64,000 nt of DNA from Monocercomonoides exilis PA203 (GCA_001643675.2 LSRY02000009.1:1674001-1738000); one strand, 5' to 3'. Shown: positions 51,061 to 64,000, counted from the stretch's first letter. The notes: generated by a model not told the origin, from the letters alone. A program made the numbers and translations.

Positions 51061-51679
51061 ACTTTTTTCAGATTCGCCGTGACTGACCCTTAAGTGATAC
51101 TCTCAGATCGAAGAGAAGAAAGTGAATGAATGTTTTCTTGTTAATCAAAATGCTTGCGTTTTGATTTCCAATCAACCAGCCCCTCAATGAAAATATTTTT
51201 TGATAAGACTTCGTTATTTTTCATGGTATAAAAAGAAAAATCAACCATATGACAGTTTTTCATCATTCACTAATTTTATCATTCATATATTAGCCATTTT
51301 CTTTTTCAATAAACAGGAACAAGTGATTTGCGAAATGCCAAAAAAAGTGAGAAAAAGAAGAGCATTTCTCAACATTTGAAGTTGAAAGCTTTATTCGATC
51401 ATAGCTGACTTCTTGAATTTCGTTTTAAATGTTCATTTATCCAAAGAAAAAAAAATGACCAGCAGAAGAGATAGAATAAATGAATAAATTTCCAGGGTTA
51501 TTGAGATATATTTCATTGAGCCGGATAAAAAGAGAAGAAGAAATGAATTTTGGGAGGTTGTTGGTTGGAGAAGGGAGGATGGGGCAGAAAAGGAGAAGAA
51601 AGTGAAGAAGAAAGTGGAGGAGGAGGGAGCGTGTTAATGAGTGAGTCAGGTTTCTAATCTTTTTGTGTTTCATCAGCCC

Positions 51680-52020
51680 CGTTTCTGGCACCTCCCCTGA
51701 CACCCCTTGTATCTCTCACTCAGCTGACCTTCTTCAACATCTCCACAGATCCACAGAAAACAACACATCTGGGTGAAGGGTTGGGCCAAACCTCGTTTCT
51801 GATGAGTGGGTGCTCATTTTCATCACTATGGGATGTTTATGATGGGGTCATTGTCCCCTCGCTGAACAGCCCTTCATCATCCTTGTCTGCCTCGAACACC
51901 TCATTTGCCAGGTGCTATCGATCACAGAATGTTGCAGTCAATGGGAGTGAGGGGAATCCATCGAAGCCAGCGAAACAACAGATTACAGACAATGGGGCAA
52001 ATTCATTCACCTGGTGCGTG
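51680..52020 (+). pseudogene. Short fragment of the beta-helix-like family (paralog of 42600-42930)
   Basis: SLWDVYDGVIVPSLNSPSSSLSASNTSFARC..GANSFTWC, then an abrupt break. Confidence 0.75.
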
Positions 52021-53119
52021 AAGGGTCTCAAAAACTGCCGGAGCAATTAATAATGAGACAACTGACTTGTTAAAAGGGCAGCAATGGACGTGTGTGATTT
52101 GTCAATAAACGCTTTCGGAAAAATATGGCTCATTTTGAAACAAAACAGTATGAGCCAAATTGTTGTTTCAATTTTTTGAAACTCGGATGATCATCAAAAA
52201 ATGAAAGACAAAAGAGAATAAAAATCAAATATTGCAGGCATTGTGAATGTATTTATTACGAATCCTTTGTGAATTGTCAGTCAACTTTGATAGCATAAAG
52301 AATGGATGCAAGGTTCCGAAATATTTCATCTCTCACTCCCGCACATGATTGATTGTAATTTGAAATCAAAGTGCCACGTCTGTTTTTTCAAAAACAAATT
52401 TGTTCAATAGTTCGATATGAACAAGTGATTCACCGAAAGAATATGAAGAAAGAAGAAATTCTCAAACAAATAAAGTTGGAAATCAAATCACAATTATGCA
52501 AATAAAAATGTTTTAAAAGTCATGAGCTCTTTTCCTGAAATAATTTTTGATATAATTTTCGAATGCCACAAATTGATAACTTTTTATCATCATTAATGAA
52601 CATTTGATTTTGAAAACAATTCAATAGACTTCCGATAAACAATTATCAAATTCAATAATTCATCAAATAAAAATAATCGCAATAATGTTTTTCTATATTC
52701 ATTATTATTAATTAACAAAGATCAAAAGTCAATTTGAAAAAGCGCAAACTTTTGCATTGAACGACAAATGCACAATGAGTCAAGCAAGATTTCAAAAAAT
52801 AAAAATTTGTTGAAAAGTTTAGCTAATATATTCATCAAAGACTGATTACAGCTTCATTGATGATAATAGTGTGTGGCATTGTGCCACAAAATAAAAATCA
52901 ATAAAACTTTATTATGAAAAGATAAAGGAAAAGAAAAGAAAAGACGGAAACAGATAGAAGATTGCATGTTTGTAATCAACAAACAAGCATAATAAAAAAT
53001 GAAAAACTTCAGCATCACGGGTTTAACTTCATTTAAAAAAAAACGAAAACGAAAATATAAGCTTCAAACTTTGTTATTATTTTGCATCAGCAACAATCAA
53101 TGTTCTGACCTTTCTTTTT

Positions 53120-56100
53120 TTAGTTGCGAGACCTCTTCTTCCTGACAACAACAATCACAATAATAACCACAACCACAACAATCACCACAACAACAATTGG
53201 TACCACAATTGCAACAATTGTTCCAGCGCTCATCTTCTTCTTTTCTGGTTCTGGTTCTGGCTCCTCTTTCGGCTCCTCTTTCTTCAAGTATTTCTCATAC
53301 ACATCTTCAAGATCACCACCTTCTTCTTTTGCCCCCACAATCCATCCTTTGTTTTCATCGTTGTAGTTCTTCGCAAACTCAAACGAACCTTCCTTCTTGC
53401 AGAAGTCATCAAAGTCTTCTGCAATGATGCACAACGATGCCACCGATGAATCTTTCCCTTTGTTTTCACCTAACTCAAGTTTGCCTTCACCCGGAAGTTT
53501 CAAATGATCAACTGCCTTTTTCATCTCAATGGTAATTGCTCCTGCATTACCTGCTGTTGCAACACACGACTTGAATGAACATTTCTTATCTTTTCCCATT
53601 TCCACATTTGAATCATTATTAACCATCTTGATCTTAACACCTGCTGACAATCCCTTTTCTGATTTCACCTCACTCATGGTCAACTCTTCTATTTTGACAT
53701 TCATAGCTTTATCAGTGGCATCTTGAATGATGATTGCTGCCTCATCTATCACACTCTCTTTCTCGATATCAACTTTATCTAATTTGACTGAAGAAGCACC
53801 ATCAATCACAAACATTGACTTTTGGAATTTCACTTCTTTAGCTTCTTTGCATTCAACAGTGTTCATTGTCAACGTTCCTGCACTCACTTTCACTAGATGG
53901 ATTTTCGCAATTTCATCTGCATTTGATGATGTTTCTGTTTTTGATTTGACAAATTTGCAGTTAACAATGTTCAACTTTGCATCTGCACTATCAGCAACAA
54001 TCAATGAATTAATAACTGGATCATCATTTGATTCCTGAGATGTTTCCAATGATAACGGATACAAAAATGAAACACCCCTGAACTCAACTTTATTTTTGCA
54101 TGTGAATAAATCACCTCCATTCTTGGCATCACAATCAAGGCTGGCTTCTGCCTCAACTTCTTTTTTCGTTTCGGAACCTTTTTCTTGAACTTGTGTCACA
54201 CCAACAATCGTAACTTCTTTTAGGAATGTTACAGCTTCAGCTTTCAGAATCTTTTTATCATCTTCTTCCTTGATAACTTTGATGACATATCCAGAGATGC
54301 TTGGCTTTGCCACTAATCCGTTATACGCGTTTATAATGCTTCCCATTGGAGTTTCATATGTTTCTCCATTTCCACTTCCATCTTTCTTCACATATGCAAT
54401 TGCTGGATTGAAGTATTTTGAAGTGAAGTCAACATCTCCATCTTCACTGTTGGCAACAATATTCCAGTCATTTGTTCCTCGGACATATCCTGTTGCAAAT
54501 CCCGCTTTCATTGTGTCTGCAATATCTTTATGAAGGGCAACTGGCACATCCAAATATATTCCTGTACTCTTTTCGTTATCTCCTTCACCTGCTGTGCAAG
54601 TAGTGAATTTAAAATTATCATCAGTTTTTGTTTCGGGCCATGACAGTTGATTTGCTTTTTCAATATTTGCCATTTTCAGATACAAAGCACCTGATTTTCC
54701 TTTTGTGCAACTGCATGATGAAAATGATGTTGCACTTTTATCTTTCACTGAAAATTTGCTCCCTTTGTTTTCACATTCAACATGCAATGCTCCGCTTGTT
54801 GCTGTGGATTCATCACTTGAAATGCAATTTGAAAATGTGCATCTGTCAATCACAACTGTGACAACTTCATCAGCTTTTCCCACAACTTTCATCACAGCAC
54901 TTTGTTTGGAATTCAACTTTTCAATGTTCAGCAAGGTTAATGAAACAGAGGTCACTCCCTCAACTTTGAATGGTGTGACTGAAAATGTCAATTCTTCTGC
55001 ACCAGTACATTTAACATCGTTCATTGAAACAGCTCCAGCATCCACATTCACAACGTGAATATTAGCAATGTAATCTTTTCCTGTCTCCTTTGGTGCTCTC
55101 ACAAATTCGCAAGTGTCAATGGCCAGAGATGTCGATTCCGAATCAGCATGAATAAGTGCCAATGTTCCATCATTTGACATTGATGCCCCTTTTTTATCAA
55201 ATGTCAACGGGAAGGTCATTTTCAGATATTTGAATGCAACAGCTTTCTTGCATGTGAACATATCTTTTCCTTCTGCAGTTTGACAGTTGATATCAATTTT
55301 TACAATATTGCTAACATCAGTTTGATATCCCTCAATTGTCACCAACGTTGCCTTATCAAATGTGTTCGCCTCTGCAACCAATGGCTCACCTTGTGCATCT
55401 TCTTTTATAATCTCAATGCAGAAACCTCCTTCGCTTGCTTCAGGAAAATGATCATAGGCTTCTTTTATGTTGGCCCATGGTTTTGTATCTGATCCATCTC
55501 CTTCAGCTGCCCCACTTTTGACATAAAAAGTTTTCACCTCCTTTGGAGCTGGGTCAATATATTCTAAAACAAGATCGATATCTAATTGATCTGTTTTTTT
55601 TGCCATGATATAATCTTTATATGTCGTTCTATCATATCCATTCGCAAAGCTAGCTTTCATTGCAGCAGCAATTTCTGAATGAAGTTCAACTTTAACATCT
55701 AAATAAATTCCTGTATTTTTAGATGAAGCTGCAGCTCCAACCGTGCAAGTTATGAATTTCAAATTCTCTTCTGTTTTTGGCCAAGTTAACCCACTAGCTG
55801 CAATCTTATTCAAATTCAAATATATTGCTCCTGATTTGCCATGTTCGCAGGAGCATGAAGTGAATGTTGTTGCTTCTGTATTTCCAATTGTAAATTCACT
55901 ATCTGTTGCGTCACTTTCTACATAAAGTGCTCCGCTTGTTGCACTAGCTGCAGCTGCTGTTGACTTGCAACCAGTGAATGTGCATGTGTCCAACGTAACC
56001 TGAATTTTGCCTGCATTTTTGATTTTCATTACCGAACTTGCACTGGATTCCATATTTCCAAATTCACACCCAGTCACTGAAACAGACGAAACTCCTTCAA

Positions 56101-56716
56101 GCAAAAAGGGTGTAACTGAAAACTTTGCAATTTTAGCATTGTCAGTGGAAACAACTGATATCATATTCACAGTTCCTGCATCCGCTTTCACAAGATGAAT
56201 ACCTGCTTCTTCAGAAGGTCTTTCAAATTCACAACTAGTTATTGAGAGCACTGGCAATACTGCAGGAGTGTCATCAATTGGAACTGCATGAATTAATGAT
56301 AATGTGCCTTCATTAGGAGTTCCAAGTGTATCTTTATGAATGAACTTCAAATTGTTGAAGGTTACAATTCTTTTACATTCGAACAGATCTTTTCCTTCAG
56401 TTGTTGAACAATCAATTGAAACTTTCTCTGGATTCGCTGTATCAGTTATTTTTCCCTGAATCATTATTTGATAGTCCTTTTCAAAAGTTATCGCACTTGG
56501 TTTCAACTGTGATGCTCCAACGCCTTCCTTAATAATTGAAATGATGTAACCATTTTCATTTGAATCTTTTAATAATCCATATGCAGTATTTATCGAATCA
56601 ACAGGATCTCCCGAATCACCTGTTGTTCCTGTTGCTTCACTTTGTACAAACTTTTCAGTTGGGTCTGCAGCATAAGAAGAGAACACTATATAGGATAATA
56701 CAAATGTGAAAAACAT
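53120..56716 (-). CDS. Intact 1198-aa type I membrane/surface protein with three ~377-aa beta-helix-like repeats
   Basis: Signal peptide MFFTFVLSYIVFSSYA. Repeats open with (F/Y)V..G.G....P...I..AY at about aa 22, 396 and 773. EP linker, hydrophobic TM AGTIVAIVVPIVVVVIVVVVVIIVIVVV, basic tail RKKRSRN. No introns or stops. Confidence 0.92.
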   Translation of the reverse strand: MFFTFVLSYIVFSSYAADPTEKFVQSEATGTTGDSGDPVDSINTAYGLLKDSNENGYIISIIKEGVGASQLKPSAITFEKDYQIMIQGKITDTANPEKVSIDCSTTEGKDLFECKRIVTFNNLKFIHKDTLGTPNEGTLSLIHAVPIDDTPAVLPVLSITSCEFERPSEEAGIHLVKADAGTVNMISVVSTDNAKIAKFSVTPFLLEGVSSVSVTGCEFGNMESSASSVMKIKNAGKIQVTLDTCTFTGCKSTAAAASATSGALYVESDATDSEFTIGNTEATTFTSCSCEHGKSGAIYLNLNKIAASGLTWPKTEENLKFITCTVGAAASSKNTGIYLDVKVELHSEIAAAMKASFANGYDRTTYKDYIMAKKTDQLDIDLVLEYIDPAPKEVKTFYVKSGAAEGDGSDTKPWANIKEAYDHFPEASEGGFCIEIIKEDAQGEPLVAEANTFDKATLVTIEGYQTDVSNIVKIDINCQTAEGKDMFTCKKAVAFKYLKMTFPLTFDKKGASMSNDGTLALIHADSESTSLAIDTCEFVRAPKETGKDYIANIHVVNVDAGAVSMNDVKCTGAEELTFSVTPFKVEGVTSVSLTLLNIEKLNSKQSAVMKVVGKADEVVTVVIDRCTFSNCISSDESTATSGALHVECENKGSKFSVKDKSATSFSSCSCTKGKSGALYLKMANIEKANQLSWPETKTDDNFKFTTCTAGEGDNEKSTGIYLDVPVALHKDIADTMKAGFATGYVRGTNDWNIVANSEDGDVDFTSKYFNPAIAYVKKDGSGNGETYETPMGSIINAYNGLVAKPSISGYVIKVIKEEDDKKILKAEAVTFLKEVTIVGVTQVQEKGSETKKEVEAEASLDCDAKNGGDLFTCKNKVEFRGVSFLYPLSLETSQESNDDPVINSLIVADSADAKLNIVNCKFVKSKTETSSNADEIAKIHLVKVSAGTLTMNTVECKEAKEVKFQKSMFVIDGASSVKLDKVDIEKESVIDEAAIIIQDATDKAMNVKIEELTMSEVKSEKGLSAGVKIKMVNNDSNVEMGKDKKCSFKSCVATAGNAGAITIEMKKAVDHLKLPGEGKLELGENKGKDSSVASLCIIAEDFDDFCKKEGSFEFAKNYNDENKGWIVGAKEEGGDLEDVYEKYLKKEEPKEEPEPEPEKKKMSAGTIVAIVVPIVVVVIVVVVVIIVIVVVRKKRSRN

Positions 56717-59378
56717 TCAATTTGATGTTCTTTTCTCAAAACAATTTAAGATCTACACAAACATAAATTGTATCATCATTATTGAAATTTATGGTTGATT
56801 ATGTACTTTGTATTTTTTTGGAATAAAAGTTGCGTTTTTTTTTAAATTTGATAAAAAGAAACATTTTCTGATATCCTTTGTTCAAAAAAAAATTATTTAC
56901 ATGTGTATTATTCCTTAAAATCATTATCTTGTTTTTTATTGAAAAATTCTTGATTTTTTCTTATTGTTTTGTTTAAGCAACGTGAAACTCGCAAAAACGA
57001 CTATCTTTTTCTTGTTGAGTTGGATACATCTTTTTGCAATGAAAATACACTTTTTCACCCATCTTTTATTATTTTCTATTCCTTCATCGTTTTTTATTCA
57101 TTGAATATATCACAATCGTAATTTTAAAATAATTTTGAACATATTCATCAAAACATATATCATATACATTCATATTTAGGGTATGCGAAATTCACGACAA
57201 ATCAAATATAATTATTTTTTTTAAATAATTACCATTATAATTAATTATGTATCTATTTCGCAAAACTTAGTTGAAATAACGAGAATAGCCATTTATTCCT
57301 TTTTTAAACGTTAAATATTTTTCGCATCATAAATATAATTCCTTTATTTAATACGTAACGAGATTAGTTTTCAGAATTCATAATTCTTTTTATTCATGTT
57401 GCATCCATTGATTGTTTTTCTTTTTTTGAGCGCGATCTTCAATTGAAGCGCTGATTCTAAACAGAGAAAAGTTAGACTTTTGTTAATAAAGAAATTATTC
57501 AAATTTTTTTTGATTGTTATTCAATATAAAATTGACGGGTGAAAAAAAACAATTGAATGTTTCAAAAGCTTTATAACAAATTGACATATCATCACGAATA
57601 GCTTGCGTTTGAAAAAAAGGCGATGATTAATATTTGTTTTCAGCTTGTATCTATCTATCGTCTTGCCAATCATCGTTTTACTTATTCTGTTTTGCCAGAA
57701 GGATGGTTGGATTGAATCTTCCAAGTGAATGCGATCTGAGAACTGCCTGGAAAAAGTTCAGCAGCAACGAATTTGAAGATCATCCAGGTCAGAGGATGTT
57801 TTTGTGTGAAGTGTACCGGTAAATTACAGCTGGACGGCCATTTTTTATTCGCATAGCAACTTTTTCATCAATGATACAGCCAAGTGCAGGGAAATATATT
57901 TGGGCTGTAAAAATTTCAAAGCAATCTTAACTTAAGCCTCTTTCCACGTTAAACGTGAACAACTTGCTGAAGATTCGAACGTGTTTGCGAGAAGAGAACA
58001 GACATTTGTCGATACAGATGTGTTCTTGTTTCTTGATCCATTTCATTACATGTGTTGAATGGAAAAGAAAAGCTTCGATCAGATTCAGATGGAAAAATTG
58101 CACCAAAGGAAATGGGTCATCAAGCTGAAATTTATCGTTGCGTGAAAGTTTTGAATTTTGTTGATCTTGGTATTAACAAGCGAAATTGTTGTATTTCTGA
58201 CAATTCGGAACAAAACACAAGAACGAACAGAGAAGCAGGGAGGAGAGAAAAAGAAAAGTGAGGAAAAAAAACGAAAAAATGTTTCCGAAAATAATTTAAG
58301 AAAAGAAAATGAATCTCACTGATCCGTAAGAGATATTGCCTGAGAAAAGTTTCTGCACTCATTGAATATCGATACATGCTTTTCAAAGATATGTGTTATT
58401 GGAACATGATTATTCGATAAGAGAAGATAGCTGCAAAATAAAGTTATTTCCTTCATTACACAACGATCAGAAAACGAATTTTGGTATTTTTTCATGAAAT
58501 TAATTGCACAAATCATCATATTCAAGGATAAAAACCACAACCTTGAATTTGTTGGTTCTTTTTGTTGATATATATACAAATTGTTTTTAAATGGAATAAT
58601 CATTCAATGAATATTTTAAATTGGATTTATATTTGGAATCGAAATCCAATTCAGTGCTTAAGAAATATTGAAGTTGACTATTACATGTGTTTCAATCCTT
58701 CTGTTTGCAATCAAAATTTGGTTGATGACGGGCACAAACATTTGAATAACACAGAACATTAATTTGAATATGCTCATGAAACGCATATGAAAAATGTTAA
58801 TTATGTGTTCGAATAAATTCGCTTTTATTCACAAACTCAAAGAATTTGCCATTTTGTTTGATTGTTTTCAATTTAAGAATGAATCGTTTGTTTTTCTTGC
58901 TTCGCTGTTGAAAGGAATGGAATGAAAAAAAAAAAAGATGTTCTCCATGAAAAAGAAGCCGAGAAAATTGCACATATGAGTTTGTTATTTGAATCAAATT
59001 TTCGATTTCCTTTGACAAAAACTCTTTTTTTGTTTCATCTTTTCTATTCTCAAAATAAATATCACAAAGAACAGAAGATAAGGCAGAGCATAAAACGGAA
59101 GAATCATCTTTTCTGAGATTTTGTTTTTTGTTTGAAAATGAAATATGTTTATTAATTGTGTTGCAAATGAGCATTTTTGATTCGTTATGATATGACAGAT
59201 CTTGATTTTCTTTTGATTGAGAAAGCTCAGTATGAACGAGCAATCAAAGAAATTAAAGAAATCAACTGATACCATCCGAGATCTGGACATTTCTCTCAGC
59301 AATCCAATCAGATTGACTGGTTTTTTATTTTGAAAAGTTTATAAAGATATCGAAAAAGTTTTGAAGAAAAATCGGTGA

Positions 59379-60960
59379 ATGAGTTGCACTTTGCGAGAGA
59401 GGAAGCAAATGAAAAGGAAGAGCATGTTTAATGTGTGGATTGAGAGAGAAAAAAGGAAAGGAAGCGAAAGATTAGATATTTTCGAGAGATTGAATAAAAT
59501 GAGTTATCATTTCCCATCCTCATGCAAATTGTTGAACGAAGAATTGTTTGGAATTATTTGCAGCATTTCTCAGGTATTTCGAGCAGAAAAGGATTACCAT
59601 CGTTCAGAAACCCGGGAATTTTTCAAAAACCCGGACTTTTTATAAAATTTCATATATCTCGACAAGTTTCAAAAAATAAATTATAATAATTCACGCATTC
59701 ACACATCAGTATATAACACATCTAACCATATTGAAAATTTTATTTATTGCGCTGTATTTATGAAGAAATAAATAATTTTTATTTTTGAAAATTTGACTTT
59801 TAATGAATTTTTCTATTTCAACAAAACGATTCAGTTCATCTTTTATTCATATAACTTATTTTTTCTATGTTATAAATAATTCTGGATATTTTTCATTTTC
59901 GGCAATTTGCTCTTTCCAACGGAATGAAAATCTTTCATTTTCAAAAAATCACAGTCAATGGGATAACTGAAAAAATATTTTTTGCAAAACACAAAAACAC
60001 CCAAGTGAATTTAACATATGCATCAATAAATATGATAGTTATATAAAATTTCTTCATTGATGAAATTTAAAATGATACAGTTGGTATTTCATAAAATACA
60101 ATTTGGTGGAAAAATCATTGAAAATGATAAGAAAAAATCATCAATTATAAAAACAATCTATGTTAACGAAATACCAACTGTATCATTTTAAATTTCATCA
60201 ATGAAGAAATTTTATATAACTATCATATTTATTGATGCATATGTTAAATTCACTTGGGTGTTTTTGTGTTTTGCAAAAAATATTTTTTCAGTTATCCCAT
60301 TGACTGTGATTTTTTGAAAATGAAAGATTTTCATTCCGTTGGAAAGAGCAAATTGCCGAAAATGAAAAATATCCAGAATTATTTATAACATAGAAAAAAT
60401 AAGTTATATGAATAAAAGATGAACTGAATCGTTTTGTTGAAATAGAAAAATTCATTAAAAGTCAAATTTTCAAAAATAAAAATTATTTATTTCTTCATAA
60501 ATACAGCGCAATAAATAAAATTTTCAATATGGTTAGATGTGTTATATACTGATGTGTGAATGCGTGAATTATTATAATTTATTTTTTGAAACTTGTCGAG
60601 ATATATGAAATTTTATAAAAAGTCCGGGTTTTTGAAAAATTCCCGGGTTTCTGAACGATGGTATTACAGAGAAATCAGAAATCGATGTATTTCTTCGTTC
60701 AGAAAGGCAACAGAAAACAGAAATGAGGAAATAGATGATTTGTTGGAGAGTGGGGCTATAAGCGATGTTTTAGAGGAGATTCAGCAACCGACATTGAATA
60801 ACGACATTGCACATGATATTTTATTATTATTTGATATAATTTCATGGCGATCGAAATGAAAGAAGAAAGATGAAATGGAAGAAGTGAAAAGAAAAGAGTT
60901 GAAAATGAAAATGTTCGAAAAGATGAAAAAAGAAGACTTATGAGATATTTTCACAGGCTT
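59379..60960 (+). pseudogene. Member of an expanded alpha-helical host family, split by a foldback element
   Basis: Excision restores SQVFRAEKD-YYREIRNRCISSFRKATENRNEEIDDLLESGAISDVLEEIQQPTLN. Further stops occur downstream. Confidence 0.75.
59597..60661. mobile_element. 1065-bp foldback element, 494-bp TIRs, 77-bp spacer, TA TSD (Tc1/mariner-like)
   Basis: 59597-60090 is the reverse complement of 60168-60661 with no mismatch seen. TA at 59595-96 and 60662-63. Confidence 0.92.
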
Positions 60961-63900
60961 TTATAAAATATATGATCTTAAAAACAAAAAATTTTTTGAG
61001 GTGAAATTTATTGACTTGTGAGCCTGCATCGTGAATGTTCAAGGAAGTGAGAAGTATTTTTTTTTTCTTTCACATCTCCGAAAAGCAAATATTCTTTTTT
61101 CATCATTTCACAGAATAGAAAACAAAATGACAATGCGATAAATTTTGAAAGAATTTTTTTTATTTTCTTTGAAATGCAGTTTAAGATAAAACACAGAAAT
61201 GTCAAAAATACTGTTCAATTCAAATCTATTTCAATATCCCAATAAATGTCTCGTTTTTTTCCTTGAATTCCACTTATTTCCATCATTTCATTATCAAAAT
61301 TTGCCGTTCTTCTTCCTTTCTTTCTTTCGAGTTCGACTGTCAAAACAATAAAGATAATAATAGCTGATGTGACAGAAGTTCAAATATACTCAAACAATAG
61401 GCTTCCAACATTGAAGTGAATCAAAAGAAGATCTTGTTGCAAGTCGAATCATCAGCTTTTTCTTGAAGAGTGAACAAGACGAAAATAACAGCGTTGGCAA
61501 TAATTCACTGAATCAAAATGAAACAGAAGCAGCACACAAACAGAAACTTTGATATCCACGAATGGTCGTTCCATCTCCTTTTTTATTCAACTCTGTGAAA
61601 GAGAAGACAATAAAATAAACAAAATATTGGAAAGAAATCAATTTATGTTGAGTCAATACATATTCATCCTCATAAAAACTTTTTCTTCTTCCTTTTTCAT
61701 TTTTTTTTTTGCCTCTCTCCTTCAATCAATTCAAGTCTGCATCCCCTTTTCCGTTTTCTTTTTCACTTTTGTTTTGCATCACAGCCTATCTGCACTTCCT
61801 TCGCTTTGTCAAAAAAAAATTACACCTTTGCATCTTTCGCCTTTCCTGCTCTGTTTTTTCACCTCACGAAAAGCATTTTCATTGCTATCTCCTTAACTTT
61901 TCGCTTTTCCTTCTGCATCAATCATGCAATAGCAATTCTTTTATCAAACGAAATGTCTGTTCTGTTGCAACTTTGCTTGTTGAGACAACCTCAACAAATA
62001 ACGTCGAACGCTAAACACGAAGGGAGTCTCATCGAGACTGAAAACGATGCCACAACCAGGCGAAGGAGATGAAAAGATGAAGTGTCATGTTTCATATGTC
62101 CATGCAAACAAAATACGTTAAAAAAGAAGAAAAAGAAGACAGTTCTGCAACCATTACGAACTTTCCTCCCTTATCAGAAATCAGAATAACTTAAAAGTTT
62201 AATAATATTTCTCAGGAGAACCCTCATCCAACAAACCAAAAGAAAACATCCGCACTCCAGATGCAAATCAAGTGTCATTTTATCATCTCCTTATTTGCAA
62301 GATTTTCATCCACAGACTTCAATCAGTCAAGTGGATCAGATGGACGAAACAGATAAAGAGGAAATCCCTTCTCAGACCTCCTGCTTCCTGCCGAACAAAG
62401 CTTTCCAAACATCATCATTTCTCGGCTGATCTTTCTCCCATTTCACCGTCACCGCAAAGCCTTGCAATTCGTTCATTGTCAAACCATTCCCCACCATTCA
62501 ACAAATTTCCATATGTTTCCCCATCCCAATCTCACTTTTCATTGAAGTTGTCCTCAAACATGCATCAACCCCTTCTTCTGTTGTTTCTGTTGCTCCATCT
62601 TATCTTTTTCCGTATTCCATAAAGACAATACAGGTGACCAGAGTGAGGGAAGAATCCAGATGCTTTATTTAAAAACTCTTCGAGTGAATTGCAGCCTCTG
62701 GCTTCGCCTCCACAGGCACCAGACTCTCCTACCCAATCCCCTTCTCAATCATCTGCTCTATCACTTCTTTCCGCTCCCAAGAAACTCTTTCGTTCTTTCT
62801 GCAAACTCTCCTCTCATTCTTGGATAACAAAATTTCCTGTTGCTTTTTCCTCTCCTTTCTCCTTTTCATTTCTTTTGTTCAGTTTGACAAACTCCAAAGC
62901 TGCTGATGAGAATCTTCATTAACCGGTTTTGCTCCCTTACGCCATCGAACACCTTCACATCAGTCTCTAACATCTTCAACAAAGCCAGCCTTTCCCAAGC
63001 CCCCTTATCTTCCAACATCACTCCCACGATCATCAAGATCAGTGATAGTTGAACCACTTGCGCATCCGATGTCAGCATTGATGGGTCAAGTCAATTTTTG
63101 TTCAGTCGAAGCCCATTCTCATTCAAATATTAAAGCAAATGTTCGCTGGCTTCTGACTTTGAATCTTTTCGCAACGGGAATTCCAATACTCGTGAAGAAA
63201 GTTTTGTGAATGAACGCATTGCAAGAAGCCCACTTTCCTTTTGCGGTAATGCGCTTTTGTCATGCACATACAATCAAATCACAATTTATCAACAATAAGT
63301 TTGATAAACAAATGGAAACAGAAAAGGTTTGAAGTGACAAAGGCAGCTTCAAGGTCAGTGACACAATAATCCATAGGCAGCTCTCGAAATTGGCTTTGTC
63401 CACTTTGGACGCATCTAAAGGAAGAAATGCAAAGACCAATTATAATAATTATTGCAACAACGATGACTGTTCATCCCATTAACTTCTCCACAGCCGAAAC
63501 ACCTGAGAAGAGCAAAGTGCAAAGATAACACAATTGGACTTCTTCAGCAAAAAGTCACTTTTTGAAAATAACCTTCAATCTTGTGGTGACTTTGTCTGAA
63601 GCAAAAAAACAAACATCCGTATTAACAACAGAAAGGTTGTCTATATGAAAAAGTTTAAAGCATTCGAGCTACAGGATAGGAAGGTTATTGATTTTCTTCA
63701 TAAGATGAGTGACAATAAGTGAAAGAACAAGAAGATTGAGATTCTGAAGATGATAAAAGAATTTTCTTTCTGATCCAACAAAAAATGAAGGGAAAGAAAG
63801 GTAATAAAAAATGATCTATTTGGAATCAGTGAATGCTGCAATTGTTGTTATCTGCTCATTCCATTGGAAAAATGACAAATACACAGCTTCCTTCAGTCAC

Positions 63901-64000
63901 TTTGCTGAGCTTCAAAGAAAATATTTAGGATTGCCATATTAACCTCGGAATCTGAGGTGCTTCAAGGTTCATTTCCATCCAAAAGAGTTCGTCGCTTGTT

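Larger units (their letters stand above)
46603..51165 (-). mobile_element. Full-length DIRS1-like tyrosine-recombinase retrotransposon
   Basis: ITR cores at 46619-46680 and 51070-51127 with distinct terminal extensions. ICR at 46837-46939 complementary to both ends. gag-like, RT/RNase H/MT and YR ORFs present. TTC at both junctions. Confidence 0.95.

Noticed and set aside
1-64000. CRISPR arrays, rRNA, tRNA, telomeric repeats
   Set aside because: No regularly spaced repeats, cloverleafs, rRNA signatures or TTAGGG arrays seen by eye.

Overview
AT-rich eukaryotic DNA: standard genetic code, short GT-AG introns, no operons and no recognisable rRNA or tRNA. The expanded Cys/Ser-rich beta-helix-like membrane-protein families and the 'LLESGA..VLEEI..PTL' family resemble those of the oxymonad Monocercomonoides exilis (recognised from memory, not searched). 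The window is mostly nested, decaying transposons. Only one long gene is clearly intact: a 1198-aa triplicated beta-helix-like type I membrane protein (53120-56716, minus). Elements resolved from sequence: (1) a complete DIRS1-type tyrosine-recombinase retrotransposon with ITRs, ICR and an empty-site paralog; (2) an intron-containing Merlin (IS1595/ISXO2-like) transposase disrupted by a 256-bp MITE; (3) a family of 256-257-bp GGGTGA-ended MITEs; (4) a 1065-bp foldback element inserted at TA; (5) five TIR-bounded non-autonomous elements of three end types (Merlin-like, hAT-like, Sola-like), four carrying surface-protein family fragments and one carrying unidentified coding fragments; (6) a decayed gene in which a USP (peptidase C19) deubiquitinase domain runs into a Sola2-like DDD transposase, followed by a GC-rich multi-helix island. 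The strongest novelty candidates are the USP-Sola2 fusion, and the packaging of surface-protein genes by transposons together with an 849-bp apparent gene-conversion tract.
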